Below are positions 1 to 10,335 of a DNA stretch of 64,000 nt, one piece after another; the stretch's first letter is position 1, and the number at the start of each line of letters is the position of its first letter. The DNA is from an uncultured Chloroflexia bacterium. Lineage in GTDB: Bacteria; Chloroflexota; Anaerolineae; JAAYZQ01. The stretch spans positions 256,001 to 320,000 of the forward strand of contig CAVOXA010000010.1 in NCBI GenBank assembly GCA_963700285.1. The letters run 5' to 3'. The notes below the pieces were generated by a model, which was not told where the DNA came from, made no database searches, and saw only the letters and a list, made by a program, of their open reading frames with translations. A program made the position numbers and the translations under genes.

Positions 1-1545
<1,545 letters not shown>

Positions 1546-1683
1546 GGAACCCTCTACAAGCTTGAGATAGAACCAGTATACACCAGAAGGCTGATATAGA
1601 AAAAGAGGGCAGGGACCCGAGTTGGCCCGCACCTCTCGCCCAGGTTGGCCGCACACACCGCGCCAGGATTAAACATAAAAAGG

Positions 1684-1816
1684 GTAGACAGTAGACAAAG
1701 TAGACAAGGAGACAGACTATTATTTTGTCTACTATCCATCTCCTCCTGGCCCAAAAGGTCGAATGGTAGACAAAAGAGGGGGATGTCACCCCTGTCTACT
1801 TGTCTACTTGTCTCCC
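1684..1816. repeat. Cluster of GTAGACA/TGTCTAC direct and inverted repeats
   Basis: gtagaca-gtagacaaa-gtagacaa-ggagaca at 1684-1714, ttttgtctac...gtagacaaaa inverted pair at 1723-1775, tgtctac-ttgtctac-ttgtctcc at 1793-1816. Confidence 0.8.
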
Positions 1817-1958
1817 ATTCGGCTGTAGTCATATGGCTGTTCCGGGCATCCAGACTGCACCTGGTTGGTCGCTGTGCGGCGCACAGCCCAGTTGCGATAG
1901 CTCGGGAACTGACAGGGTGTCCAGGGCATGGGGGCTGCTTTTGGTTGATTCTAAGGGT

Positions 1959-1987
1959 AGTATAGCACAAATGTTCTATTTTGTCAA
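1959..1987 (-). promoter_or_regulatory. Sigma70 promoter with an overlapping LexA-like box
   Basis: Minus strand TTGACA-17 nt-TATACT; AGAACATTTGTGCT (1964-1977) lies in the spacer, one mismatch from GAAC-N4-GTTC. Confidence 0.7.
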
Positions 1988-2146
1988 GTGTTTGTGTTCA
2001 GAATTCGTTCAGATGCTCACCACAGAGGCACGGCCAGATGGAAGGCTGGTACAGCGGATGAGCGGGATTGGCGGATCTTCGCCCGGTAGTCCAGGGCCGA
2101 GTTCTGGGGGCAGATGCTGGCTGGCTGGATTGGGATACGCGACTTC

Positions 2147-2986
2147 TTAGTCGAGATCGCAATCTGTCCTGTCCTCAAAGAGGGTCAACTGTTGAGCCTG
2201 GCCGCCGGGTATATCGTGCAAGGTGCGCGATACCATCTCCTTACCCTCTGGCCCGCCTAACTGATTGATCATCTGTGTGATCTCCGGCATACAGTACTTG
2301 ACGAACGACTCACGGACTTCTTGGCCTGGGTAACGCAGCACTTCCCAACCGTCCAACTGGAGCTTGCGATCTCGACTCCGGTCTTTGGCCCAACGGACCG
2401 GATCAGTGTGGTAGTGTACTCCATCAGTCTCAACGTCAATCTTGCCACGCTCACAGAAGATGGCAAAGTCCAAGCGGTACCAACCATCTTGAAGGACGAC
2501 ATTCCACTGGCGCTCAGCTCGAATACGCAGGCTTTTGAACTCGGCCCATACGCGGTCCTCGAGCGGGCTGTCGTCAAAGATATCATTGATGTCTCTAGCC
2601 TGGAAGAACTTTCGCTGAGTGGTGGGGACAAAAACAATGCGATGCCCACGTTTGCCGCGTATGGGGCGGGGAAGCAGGTCCAGACTATGGAGCCGGAGCT
2701 GGTAGTACTCTCGTTCCGACTTGGAATTGACTACTTCATTCGGAAACAGCTCCTTTCGCCTGCGAACACGTATGTCGCGAACGAGACCATAGTATCTGAC
2801 GGCCCAACGTTCATCACCAAAGACCTTGGTCTGCCAAAAGGCCAACCACCTGGGCGGCCAGCGTCTAGGTACCTTGTCGACAGGGATCCGATACCAGAGC
2901 TGATCTCGCAAAATACCAAAGTCGCGCTCGTTGTTCATGATAGCGATGAGCACCTCGCCTCGGCCCGATTCTGGTTTTTTGGTCAT
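2147..2986 (-). CDS. DUF559 (Vsr-like) endonuclease with an N-terminal putative PUA/EVE-like domain
   Basis: C-terminus SPLE..W...YRLDFAI...IDVETDG..YH...D..RD..LQ..GW.VLR; aromatic-rich N-terminal domain (WYRIP, WLAFWQT). Confidence 0.8.
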   Translation of the reverse strand: MTKKPESGRGEVLIAIMNNERDFGILRDQLWYRIPVDKVPRRWPPRWLAFWQTKVFGDERWAVRYYGLVRDIRVRRRKELFPNEVVNSKSEREYYQLRLHSLDLLPRPIRGKRGHRIVFVPTTQRKFFQARDINDIFDDSPLEDRVWAEFKSLRIRAERQWNVVLQDGWYRLDFAIFCERGKIDVETDGVHYHTDPVRWAKDRSRDRKLQLDGWEVLRYPGQEVRESFVKYCMPEITQMINQLGGPEGKEMVSRTLHDIPGGQAQQLTLFEDRTDCDLD

Positions 2987-3720
2987 TCCGGCCTCCTGAC
3001 CCAGATCCAGCCTTCTTTTGTGGCCATCTGAAGGTCGTCGGGCTTTATCGCCCGCCCGCGGAGAAAGTCGAGTCCAGCCAGCACACAGAGGGCGGCATCC
3101 AGCGCGTCGTCGTTGTCCTCCATCAGGGTGCAGTCGGGAAGTAAGCTGAGGTGTTTGCCGAGGAACTCCAGGAGCGCTAGACGAGGGGCGCGTCCATCTC
3201 TCTTTTTGTAGCCCCGGGCGTCGATGCCGTAGGTGGCTAATGTGGCACCAGGGTAGACTTCAAGGACATGGATGCCGGCATCCAGTGGAGGCTGCCAGGC
3301 GAGGGGAATGGGCTGGCTGGTAGCCTCGCGCAGATCCTGGAGCAGGCCCAGCGCGGCGAGGGCGGTACGGGCGATGCGGTCGGCGCCGACGTCGAGGGGC
3401 AGTTTGCCGGTTGACTGCTTGACAGCCTTGTCGGTCAGGCGGCGGAACATGCTGTTGGCATCGAGGTGGATGGGGGCGCCGGCCTGATGAGGCTGAAGGT
3501 TCTGTCCCAGGCCGGCGGGCCAGCCCAGGGGAGCATCCAGAGCGAGCAAGGTGGGAGCGTCGGGGGAGGCCCTGGCGGCGACGGTGTCGACGAGGGAGCT
3601 GACCGTGGAGCCTATGATGACTTTCTCGATGCAGGTTGTACCTTCACGATCGTGGCCCAGGGCCAGCCCTACATTCTTGGGCTGTGTGGCGCAGTCGATG
3701 CCTATTATGGTGGTGGGCAT
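2983..3720 (-). CDS. DUF429 domain protein (predicted RNase H-like nuclease)
   Basis: IIGID, LDAPLGWP, R.TD, LEVYP and DD.LDA motifs; 4-nt overlap with the downstream gene. Confidence 0.85.
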   Translation of the reverse strand: MPTTIIGIDCATQPKNVGLALGHDREGTTCIEKVIIGSTVSSLVDTVAARASPDAPTLLALDAPLGWPAGLGQNLQPHQAGAPIHLDANSMFRRLTDKAVKQSTGKLPLDVGADRIARTALAALGLLQDLREATSQPIPLAWQPPLDAGIHVLEVYPGATLATYGIDARGYKKRDGRAPRLALLEFLGKHLSLLPDCTLMEDNDDALDAALCVLAGLDFLRGRAIKPDDLQMATKEGWIWVRRPE

Positions 3721-3804
3721 GGTCCTCCTCGTTCACCTTCCAGGAGGCTGGGAGCATCTTCGTCGCAGCTTGGAGGCCATACTAATTCATGACACTCGCT
3801 ATCG

Positions 3805-4876
3805 CTACGTCTTGAAGAGCTTGCTCCGGCCGCGGGTTTCGGGTTCGGCGGGCAGGGACTGATCTCGCTTGCGCTGACTGGCCCGATCCTGGGTAAACCA
3901 TTCCAGCCAATGAGCGGGGGCGTCGACATCCTCAGCGCCATGCTCGGTGATGCGCTGGCGAATCCGGCACAGCACCGGGGTATTGACTGCCGCCCCAGCG
4001 ACGATGGCCTGGCCCTTGGACAGCGCCGGCAGTTCTTTTAGTAGATCACGGCCCACACTCTCGACACTCTCGGCCACGCGGGCCTGGTCAACCGGGTTGA
4101 CAATGCGCAGGATGAATTGGGTCATGCACTGGGAGAGCACATCGGCGTCCAGCTTGCCGGGGCGCTGGCTGATGAGACCCACCGCCACGCCGAACTTGCG
4201 CCCCTCGGACAGGACGGTCTTGAGCACCTGCGAGCTGACCTGATCCGCCGCGGCCGGGGCAAAGTTGTGGGCCTCTTCGACAAGCACAAAGGCCGGGTAG
4301 GGGAGGTAGGTCTCCTCACCCTCGGCGGCCAGGCGCTTCTCCGTTTGCATCCGGGCGTGAAGCAGCCGTCGCAGCAGCGTGGCCACCACGACCTGCTGCT
4401 CTCGCTGATCGACCTCGTTGAGCTGCAAGACGGTGCACTGGCCCGGTCGGAAGAGCCGGTCCAGGGGCAGGCTTTGGAGGTTGTCAAAGATGCTGGAGCC
4501 TTCCAAACGTGAATTGATGCGCCAGATGACGGCATTGGCCGTGCCATAGTCCTCGCCCTGGGCCAGTTCTGCAGCTTGTTCTTCGATGCTCTGCTCGTCC
4601 TTGCCGCTCATTTGGCCTTCGACTTCGCGCACAGCCAGCCTGAACTGGGCCAGCGTCCACTTGGGGCCGTACTTGCGCCCGACGAGGTTGTAGGCCCGGC
4701 CCAGCACATAGTGCATCCGCTCCGATAGATCGGGCAGCAGATAGCGCAGGTCGCCCAACGTCAGGGACGAAACGCGCACCTTGACGTCGCCGGGGCGGAT
4801 GATCTCTACCCGGGGGCGGTACTCGTCGTCGGCGGCAAATTCATCCAATCCCTGCATTTGAGTCAGCGTGTCGTAT
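3805..4876 (-). pseudogene. HerA/FtsK-like ATPase, C-terminal half only
   Basis: Walker B VLVEEAHNFAP, EGRKFG and ISQRP are present; no Walker A; the reading frame upstream of the ATG gives YDTLTQ and then unrelated sequence. Confidence 0.75.
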
Positions 4877-5053
4877 CTTTGCTGGAATGGCTACTACACA
4901 TGGCCGATAGGCACGGCAACCTCACTGCGTCCCATCAGTTGCTGCCAATGTAGTCGGAGGGGCATGGGGTCTCTAGTGTACATATCCGCCAACACAAGTA
5001 GACCGCAACGGCTTTTCCAGGATTCCAGCCCCAATCCGTGATCCGGTGAAAAG

Positions 5054-5082
5054 ATTATAGCACTTGAGTACTCAAAAGGCAA
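5054..5082 (-). promoter_or_regulatory. Sigma70 promoter with a palindromic operator
   Basis: Minus strand TTGCCT-17 nt-TATAAT with extended TG; perfect palindrome TTGAGTACTCAA at 5064-5075. Confidence 0.55.
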
Positions 5083-5285
5083 AGTTGAGCACCTTGTCCA
5101 GTTTTCGGGACTTTGAGAAGTGTCTACTGTATTACCGCACGAGCGAACGCAAGGATATGGTTCGGGCGGCGCAGAGTAGGGAAGCCGAGGTTCGTGGCCC
5201 TACGCCTAGCTGAAGGCCTGGTACTACTCCCGAAAGCGAGTGCGAAAGAAACCATCTGGGGTGGATAAAACCGTCGTTACTTAAC

Positions 5286-5390
5286 GAGATCTATCTGCAC
5301 TTTTATCCATCTGCGATCCGAGATCAAGGCCCGCAGGCTTCAACCTACCTGGAAGCCGGCAGCTTCCAGGTAGGTGAAGCGGTCGCCGGC
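5286..5390. repeat. Diverged ~105-bp repeat, copy A
   Basis: Aligns with 6408-6512; contains the hairpin ACCTACCTGGAAGC-5 nt-GCTTCCAGGTAGGT (5343-5375). Confidence 0.85.
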
Positions 5391-5485
5391 TCCGGGCGAT
5401 GGCAGCCCGCGGCCGGCCCGCATGCTTTGGCAGCTACGCGGTGGGCAGTTATCTGAAACGAGGCCGGGTGGAGGGGTGATACCTC

Positions 5486-5679
5486 CTACGAGTCCCGCAG
5501 GTCTTTCCACATGCAGCAGCGCTTGTATTTCTTGCCACTGCCGCAAGGGCAGGGGGCGTTCCGGGCAACCCACTCCCTTGGGGGGCCGGCCATATCGTGA
5601 TCCCGGTCAAAGCCGTAGCTGATCGTGGCCAGATATGCACGCTCGGGTTGCTCTTTGCAGATAAGGGTATGAAACCCAC
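5486..5679 (-). pseudogene. SEC-C motif gene remnant
   Basis: A frame not shown in the ORF track reads [42 protein letters not shown]; the RBS and GTG at 5679 are out of frame with it. Confidence 0.7.
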
Positions 5680-5715
5680 CGGTTCCGCTCCTTTCCGGGT
5701 TCCATCTTTCAGATC

Positions 5716-6366
5716 TCAGTCAGACGTGCCCGTGCTCAACCGCTCCAGGCCACCCCAATCGGCCAGGAAGTAGAATTCAACGCCCGACAGCAGGCCGCCA
5801 TACCGCCGCAGCCACAGCTCCGGCACCTGCCGGTCGTTGCCAAAGACCAGAAACTTGGTCGACGCGCCGGTCTTTTCTAGCAACCAGACCTGTTCGGAGA
5901 TGACCGAGAACTTGGCCGGCGGCAGCCGCTGGCCGTGGACCAGGGTAAAGTACTTGGCATCGCCGGCGATGTCGCCCTTGGGGGACACCATGTCCCATTC
6001 CTTGGGCACGCCAGGCAACTGTCCGGGCGCCAGCGGAATGCCAAAGTGCTGACTCATCACAGCCCGCGCCAGATCCTCAAAGGCCCAGGGGCTGACCTGC
6101 CCCTCAACCCCGGCAGCCAGATCGCGGTACGAGGCCCGCCCCGGTGAGGCCAGTTGGACGGCGGGCGATTCGTCGGCCCAGAAGGTCCACTGTCGCCCCC
6201 GCTGCTCGCCACGGATGAGATGGGAGTACATCAGCTTCTGGGTAAGCAGATAGACCTGCTGGTGGGAGCCGATACCGGTGGCCTCCCGGATCTGGCCGTT
6301 GGTCGCATAGTCGGGCGAAATAGACCAGAGGTAATCGAGGATGCGCTCTTTACAAGTTCTGCTCAT
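5716..6366 (-). CDS. Putative winged-HTH plus PD-(D/E)XK nuclease fusion
   Basis: N-terminal wHTH-like segment ([23 protein letters not shown]); C-terminal FE..A...WDMVS...GDAKY. Confidence 0.6.
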   Translation of the reverse strand: MSRTCKERILDYLWSISPDYATNGQIREATGIGSHQQVYLLTQKLMYSHLIRGEQRGRQWTFWADESPAVQLASPGRASYRDLAAGVEGQVSPWAFEDLARAVMSQHFGIPLAPGQLPGVPKEWDMVSPKGDIAGDAKYFTLVHGQRLPPAKFSVISEQVWLLEKTGASTKFLVFGNDRQVPELWLRRYGGLLSGVEFYFLADWGGLERLSTGTSD

Positions 6367-6407
6367 TGTCGTGCTCACACTCCACCAGGCGATCTGCTGT
6401 ACTTTTC

Positions 6408-6512
6408 GAGATCTGCCTGCACTTTTGTCCATCTGGGACCTGGGATCGAGCCCCACAGGTTTCCACTTTCCTGGAAACTACCAGCTTCCAGGAAGGTGAA
6501 GCGGTCGCCAGC
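6408..6512. repeat. Diverged ~105-bp repeat, copy B
   Basis: gagatct..ctgcactttt.tccatctg...cagcttccagg.aggtgaagcggtcgcc shared with 5286-5390. Confidence 0.85.
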
Positions 6513-6540
6513 CGGCCCAGTGATTCCTTTTCGCGTCCTC

Positions 6541-6966
6541 TCAACCCACCAGATGCACCCAGGGCAGTTCGTGCCGCACAGCATGAGCCAGGCGCCGGTC
6601 GGCGGTCCAGAACTCGCCGCCCAGCCACTCGGCCAGGGCCACATAGTGAGCGTCGCAGGCAGCCGGCAGGGAGAAGCGTTCAGCCAGATCGAGGGCACGG
6701 CGATGCAACTCGGGTTCACCGTACAGATGGAGCGGCAGGGCCAGGGCGGCTTTGAGGGCCATTCGCACCGACGGGGCGCCCATTAGGCCCAGCGCCTGGT
6801 AGCGGTACAGGGCATTGGCCACTTCGTAATAGAGCAGGCTGGGGGCGGCCAGATTCCGCCCTCCGGCGGCCCACTGCTCCCAGCATTGGTGGACAGTCTC
6901 GTCCGCCGGGTCAGCGACCAGACGGATGACCAGGTTGGCGTCAACGCAGAGCCACGAGGTACTCAT
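6541..6966 (-). CDS. vapC: VapC/PIN-domain toxin
   Basis: VDAN, YEVANAL, DAHYVALAE and WTADRRL PIN motifs. Confidence 0.9.
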   Translation of the reverse strand: MSTSWLCVDANLVIRLVADPADETVHQCWEQWAAGGRNLAAPSLLYYEVANALYRYQALGLMGAPSVRMALKAALALPLHLYGEPELHRRALDLAERFSLPAACDAHYVALAEWLGGEFWTADRRLAHAVRHELPWVHLVG

Positions 6967-7243
6967 CCCGTTCCTCCCGCATCCCGCTCAGGATCTCTTC
7001 GGGCGGCGGCAGGGCACGCCCGCCCAGGTCGGCCTCGATCTGCGCCCGGGCCTGGCTGACCAATTCCTTCCAATCCTCCCGTGGTTGGCCTTGGAGCAAG
7101 CGCTCGTACCTTTCCACAGAGAGGACAACGACGGTGGATTTTCCTCCACGCTCGACGATGACCGGCTCACCGGTCTCCACGGCCTCGCGCATTAGCTCGC
7201 CAAAATGAATGCGCGCTTCAGTGGCACTGACCACTCGGTCCAT
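6941..7243 (-). CDS. Phd/YefM-family antitoxin
   Basis: VSATEARIHFGELM..V....PVIVERGGK; overlaps the toxin gene. Confidence 0.9.
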   Translation of the reverse strand: MDRVVSATEARIHFGELMREAVETGEPVIVERGGKSTVVVLSVERYERLLQGQPREDWKELVSQARAQIEADLGGRALPPPEEILSGMREERDEYLVALR

Positions 7244-7261
7244 GCTGGCCTCCTAATCGAT

Positions 7262-7317
7262 TAATTGATTGATTGATTACTCAATACAATTATACACCTT
7301 GTGGTCTGAGAGGTCAA
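7262..7317 (-). promoter_or_regulatory. TA operon promoter with a probable autoregulatory site
   Basis: Minus strand TTGACC-17 nt-TATAAT (7317-7289), followed by tandem AATC repeats. Confidence 0.6.
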
Positions 7318-7330
7318 GCAGGCATACCCT

Positions 7331-7416
7331 CACCGCCAAGGCGCAAAGGAGACCAAGAGAATCAGACAGGCATTCTTTGCGTCCTTTGCGACGCGCCTGG
7401 TACGTTGGCGGTTCAA
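7331..7416. repeat. REP-like palindromic element (CACCGC..AG.CGCAAAG family)
   Basis: caccgccaaggcgcaaag ... ctttgcg ... ttggcggtt; sister copy at 8199-8291. Confidence 0.6.
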
Positions 7417-7426
7417 GCTGTTGTGG

Positions 7427-8164
7427 CTAGCCGGCCGGGACGGCTTCCTCTACGACCGCCGGCTGGCGGTAAAGGCTGAAATAGGCGATGAAGCCGATGG
7501 CGACGTAGGCCAAGGTCTTGGGGATCATGAGCATGCCGATGGTAGGCACCTGCTGGACAAAGAGAATGACGGGGATGTACATGGCGTAGGAGACCAGGAT
7601 GCTGATGCCGATCCAGATAAAGGGCCGGTCGCCGGCGCGGCGGGCGTCGCGCAGGATGAGATAGGCGATGCCCAGGCCCAGGATGGTCAGGGGCAGGTTG
7701 CGATAGAGGGACCAGGGCTGGGGCGGCACGGTGTTGTTCCACTGGTTGGCGGCAGGGATCATGATGAGCAGGCGCAGGACGGCGGCGGCCAGGAGCAGGT
7801 ACTCGAAAGGGCCGTACTTTTTGTCAAAGCGGATGCGCCAGACCTCGAGCATGAGTACGTAGAAAACAGTGACCGTGATGGCGGTAGAAAGGGCGCCCAG
7901 GCCGACGAGCCCGAACTCCCGGCCAAAGATGGAGACGGTGGCTTGCAGGTCGCCCTGGGCAAAGGCCAGGACGCGAAAACCGACGTGGCCGGTATCGCCC
8001 AGGGCCAGGAAGGTAAAGGCCCAGCGGATAAGGCGGGCGACGCGCCGGTCGCCGGGGGCGACGGCGGACTCGTGGTGGGCCATGACGATGACGAGACCCC
8101 AGACGACGATGAGATAGACGACGTTGAAGGTAACTTCCATCCACATTCTGGCTGTTTCGGACAT
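7427..8164 (-). CDS. Conserved multi-pass membrane protein of unknown function
   Basis: About 7 hydrophobic segments; LA.GDTGHVGFR, RNLP and MIPKT motifs; RBS upstream. Confidence 0.75.
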   Translation of the reverse strand: MSETARMWMEVTFNVVYLIVVWGLVIVMAHHESAVAPGDRRVARLIRWAFTFLALGDTGHVGFRVLAFAQGDLQATVSIFGREFGLVGLGALSTAITVTVFYVLMLEVWRIRFDKKYGPFEYLLLAAAVLRLLIMIPAANQWNNTVPPQPWSLYRNLPLTILGLGIAYLILRDARRAGDRPFIWIGISILVSYAMYIPVILFVQQVPTIGMLMIPKTLAYVAIGFIAYFSLYRQPAVVEEAVPAG

Positions 8165-8198
8165 GAATGTTACTCGATTCCTCCTATATCAACAAGCT

Positions 8199-8291
8199 CA
8201 CCGCAAAGACGCAAAGAAAACCAAAGATGTTTTTTTGTTTTCCTTCGCGTTCACCGACTCCCTTCCAGTCGGCTGCGTCTTTGCGGTTCAA
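8199..8291. repeat. REP-like palindromic element
   Basis: 14-bp inverted repeat accgcaaagacgca / tgcgtctttgcggt. Confidence 0.7.
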
Positions 8292-8295
8292 GCTT

Positions 8296-10335
8296 TCACT
8301 TCACATACTTGTCAAACCAGGCGACTATGCGCTCCAAGCGGTCTACCCGGTGCTTGGGCTCGCCGCTGCGGGAAAGCTCGTGGCCTTCGCGGGGATAGCG
8401 CACCAGTTCGACCTCGCGCCCGAGCCGGCGCAGGGCGACAAACAGGCCCTCGGCGGCAGGGATGGGCGCGCGGTAGTCGTTCTCGGAATGGAGGAGCAGG
8501 AGCGGCGTATGCACGTTCTCGACGTAGGCCAAAGGCGAGTACTTCCACATCAGCTCGGGATCCTCCCACGGTGGGCAGCCGAACTCGCGCTCGGCAAAGC
8601 GCGGGATGTCGGTGGTGCTGTAAAAGCTGATGAGGTCATAGACTCCGCGCTGGGAGACCGCGGCCTTGAAGCGGTCGTCGTGGCCCACGATCCAGGCGGT
8701 CATAAAGCCGCCGTAAGAGCCGCCGGTGACGACCAGGCGCTCGGCGTCGACGTAGCCTTTGGCCAGTACCAGCTCCAGGCCGGCCAGCAGGTCGGGCAGA
8801 TCGGCCTCGCCCCAGCGGTTGAGGGCCGCGGCCCGAAAATCGCGGCCATAGCCGTCGGAGCCGCGGGGATTGGAGGCAAAAACGACATAGCCGGCCGCGG
8901 CCAGGACCTGCCACTCATGCCACATGGAGGCTCCGTGGCGGCTCCACATGGCGTGCGGGCCACCATGTATGGACAGGACCAGCGGATATTTCTGCCCCGG
9001 GTCAAAGTCAGGGGGCTTGACGATCCAGCCGTGAATGGGCATACCGTCGGGGCCCTCGAACCAGAGGTCCTCGACATCGCCCAGGGTTCTCCCGGCCAGC
9101 CAGCCGCCGTTGGCCTGGGTCAGGGGACGCTCAGAGCCCTCAAGGTCGGCGACATAGAGGTCGTAGGGCGCGCGGTCGGTACTGGCCACAAAACCCACCT
9201 GGCTGCCATCGGGAGATAGCGCGTAGGCCTCGATCTCGCGCTCGCCGCCAGAGACGGTCTCGATAGAGCCTCCGTCCAGGGACAGGCGGCGCAGGTCGAC
9301 GCGGCCCTTCTCGCCGACCAGGAAATAGATGGATGCACCATCAGGGCTCCAGCAGAGCTCCTGGGCGTGGGCATCCAGTTCAGCCGTGAGCACCCGGGGC
9401 TCGCCGCCCGAGGCGGGGATCAGCTTGATTTCGGCGTTGGCAATGGACCACACGTCGCCGGGCAGGCTGTTGTAGGCGATCCACCGCCCGTCGGGCGAGG
9501 GCCGGGGATTGTGGTCGGCGGTCTCGGGCCCGGTGAGGAACTGGGGCTGACCGCCATCCAGTGGGACACGAACGAGGTCAGGGTAGGAGAAAAAGTCGTC
9601 CTCACCCGGCCGGCGGTCGACGGTAGCCAGCAGGGCGCTGCCATCGGGCAGCCAGTGGGGATCGGCATAGTTGCGCTCGTCCTGGGTCAGGCGCTGGGGC
9701 CGGCCCACCACCTCGCCTGTCTCGACATCCAGGTCCAGGACGTAAAGGTGGGCGGTACGGTCGTCGTAGTAACTGGTGCCGGCGCGGTAGACAAAGCGGT
9801 CGATGACGCGGGGGTCGGTCTTTGCTGCCTCCGCCTTTGCCTTCTCCTCAGCGCGGCGCTTGATCTCGTCGGGATCGGGCGCCGTCTCGGGCTCGTCCGC
9901 GGCCGCGAGTTCCTGCGCCATCTCTGTAGCGTTCAGCCGCGAGGTGAAGGCCAGTCGCTTGCCGTCCGGGGACCATTGCGGCTCGCCAGCACCGTTCTCC
10001 ATGGCCGTCAGGCGGCGGGCCTCGCCGCCATCGGTGGGCATGAGATAGATCTGGGGCTTGGTCTTGTCGTCGCCGCGGTCAGAGACAAAGGCCAGCCAGC
10101 GGCCATCGGGGGACCAGCGCGGGGAGCTGTCGCGCTTGTCACCACTGGTGAAAGGCCGGCCCCGTTTCCCCTCGCCGCGGGCAGGCATGGTCCAGATGGC
10201 GCTCTTGTAGCCGTTGATCTTGCGATCCATCTCGGTACGGACGTAGGCCAGCCACTGGCCGTCGGGGCTGAAACGGGGGTCAGAGAGACTCACGATGTTG
10301 TACAGGTCATCGATGGTAATATGGGTCTGCATCAT
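8296..10335 (-). CDS. S9 family peptidase (acylaminoacyl-peptidase/DPP-like)
   Basis: WSPDG propeller repeats, IHGGP, GGSYGG nucleophile, D and EGH of the catalytic triad. Confidence 0.95.
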   Translation of the reverse strand: MMQTHITIDDLYNIVSLSDPRFSPDGQWLAYVRTEMDRKINGYKSAIWTMPARGEGKRGRPFTSGDKRDSSPRWSPDGRWLAFVSDRGDDKTKPQIYLMPTDGGEARRLTAMENGAGEPQWSPDGKRLAFTSRLNATEMAQELAAADEPETAPDPDEIKRRAEEKAKAEAAKTDPRVIDRFVYRAGTSYYDDRTAHLYVLDLDVETGEVVGRPQRLTQDERNYADPHWLPDGSALLATVDRRPGEDDFFSYPDLVRVPLDGGQPQFLTGPETADHNPRPSPDGRWIAYNSLPGDVWSIANAEIKLIPASGGEPRVLTAELDAHAQELCWSPDGASIYFLVGEKGRVDLRRLSLDGGSIETVSGGEREIEAYALSPDGSQVGFVASTDRAPYDLYVADLEGSERPLTQANGGWLAGRTLGDVEDLWFEGPDGMPIHGWIVKPPDFDPGQKYPLVLSIHGGPHAMWSRHGASMWHEWQVLAAAGYVVFASNPRGSDGYGRDFRAAALNRWGEADLPDLLAGLELVLAKGYVDAERLVVTGGSYGGFMTAWIVGHDDRFKAAVSQRGVYDLISFYSTTDIPRFAEREFGCPPWEDPELMWKYSPLAYVENVHTPLLLLHSENDYRAPIPAAEGLFVALRRLGREVELVRYPREGHELSRSGEPKHRVDRLERIVAWFDKYVK

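Noticed and set aside
1684-1816. Possible CRISPR array or iterons
   Set aside because: The units are only 7-8 bp, occur in both orientations and have no spacers; no cas or rep gene is nearby
1996-2010. GTTC-N7-GTTC, the alphaproteobacterial LexA box
   Set aside because: The rest of the window does not look alphaproteobacterial, so this is probably chance next to the better-placed GAAC-N4-GTTC-like site
2983-4857. Known HerA-DUF4297 or Sir2-HerA defence system
   Set aside because: The neighbour is DUF429, a different family, and the HerA gene lacks Walker A
5260-5312. DnaA-box-like gtggataa / ttatccat pair
   Set aside because: There are only two imperfect boxes, with no AT-rich unwinding region or dnaA context
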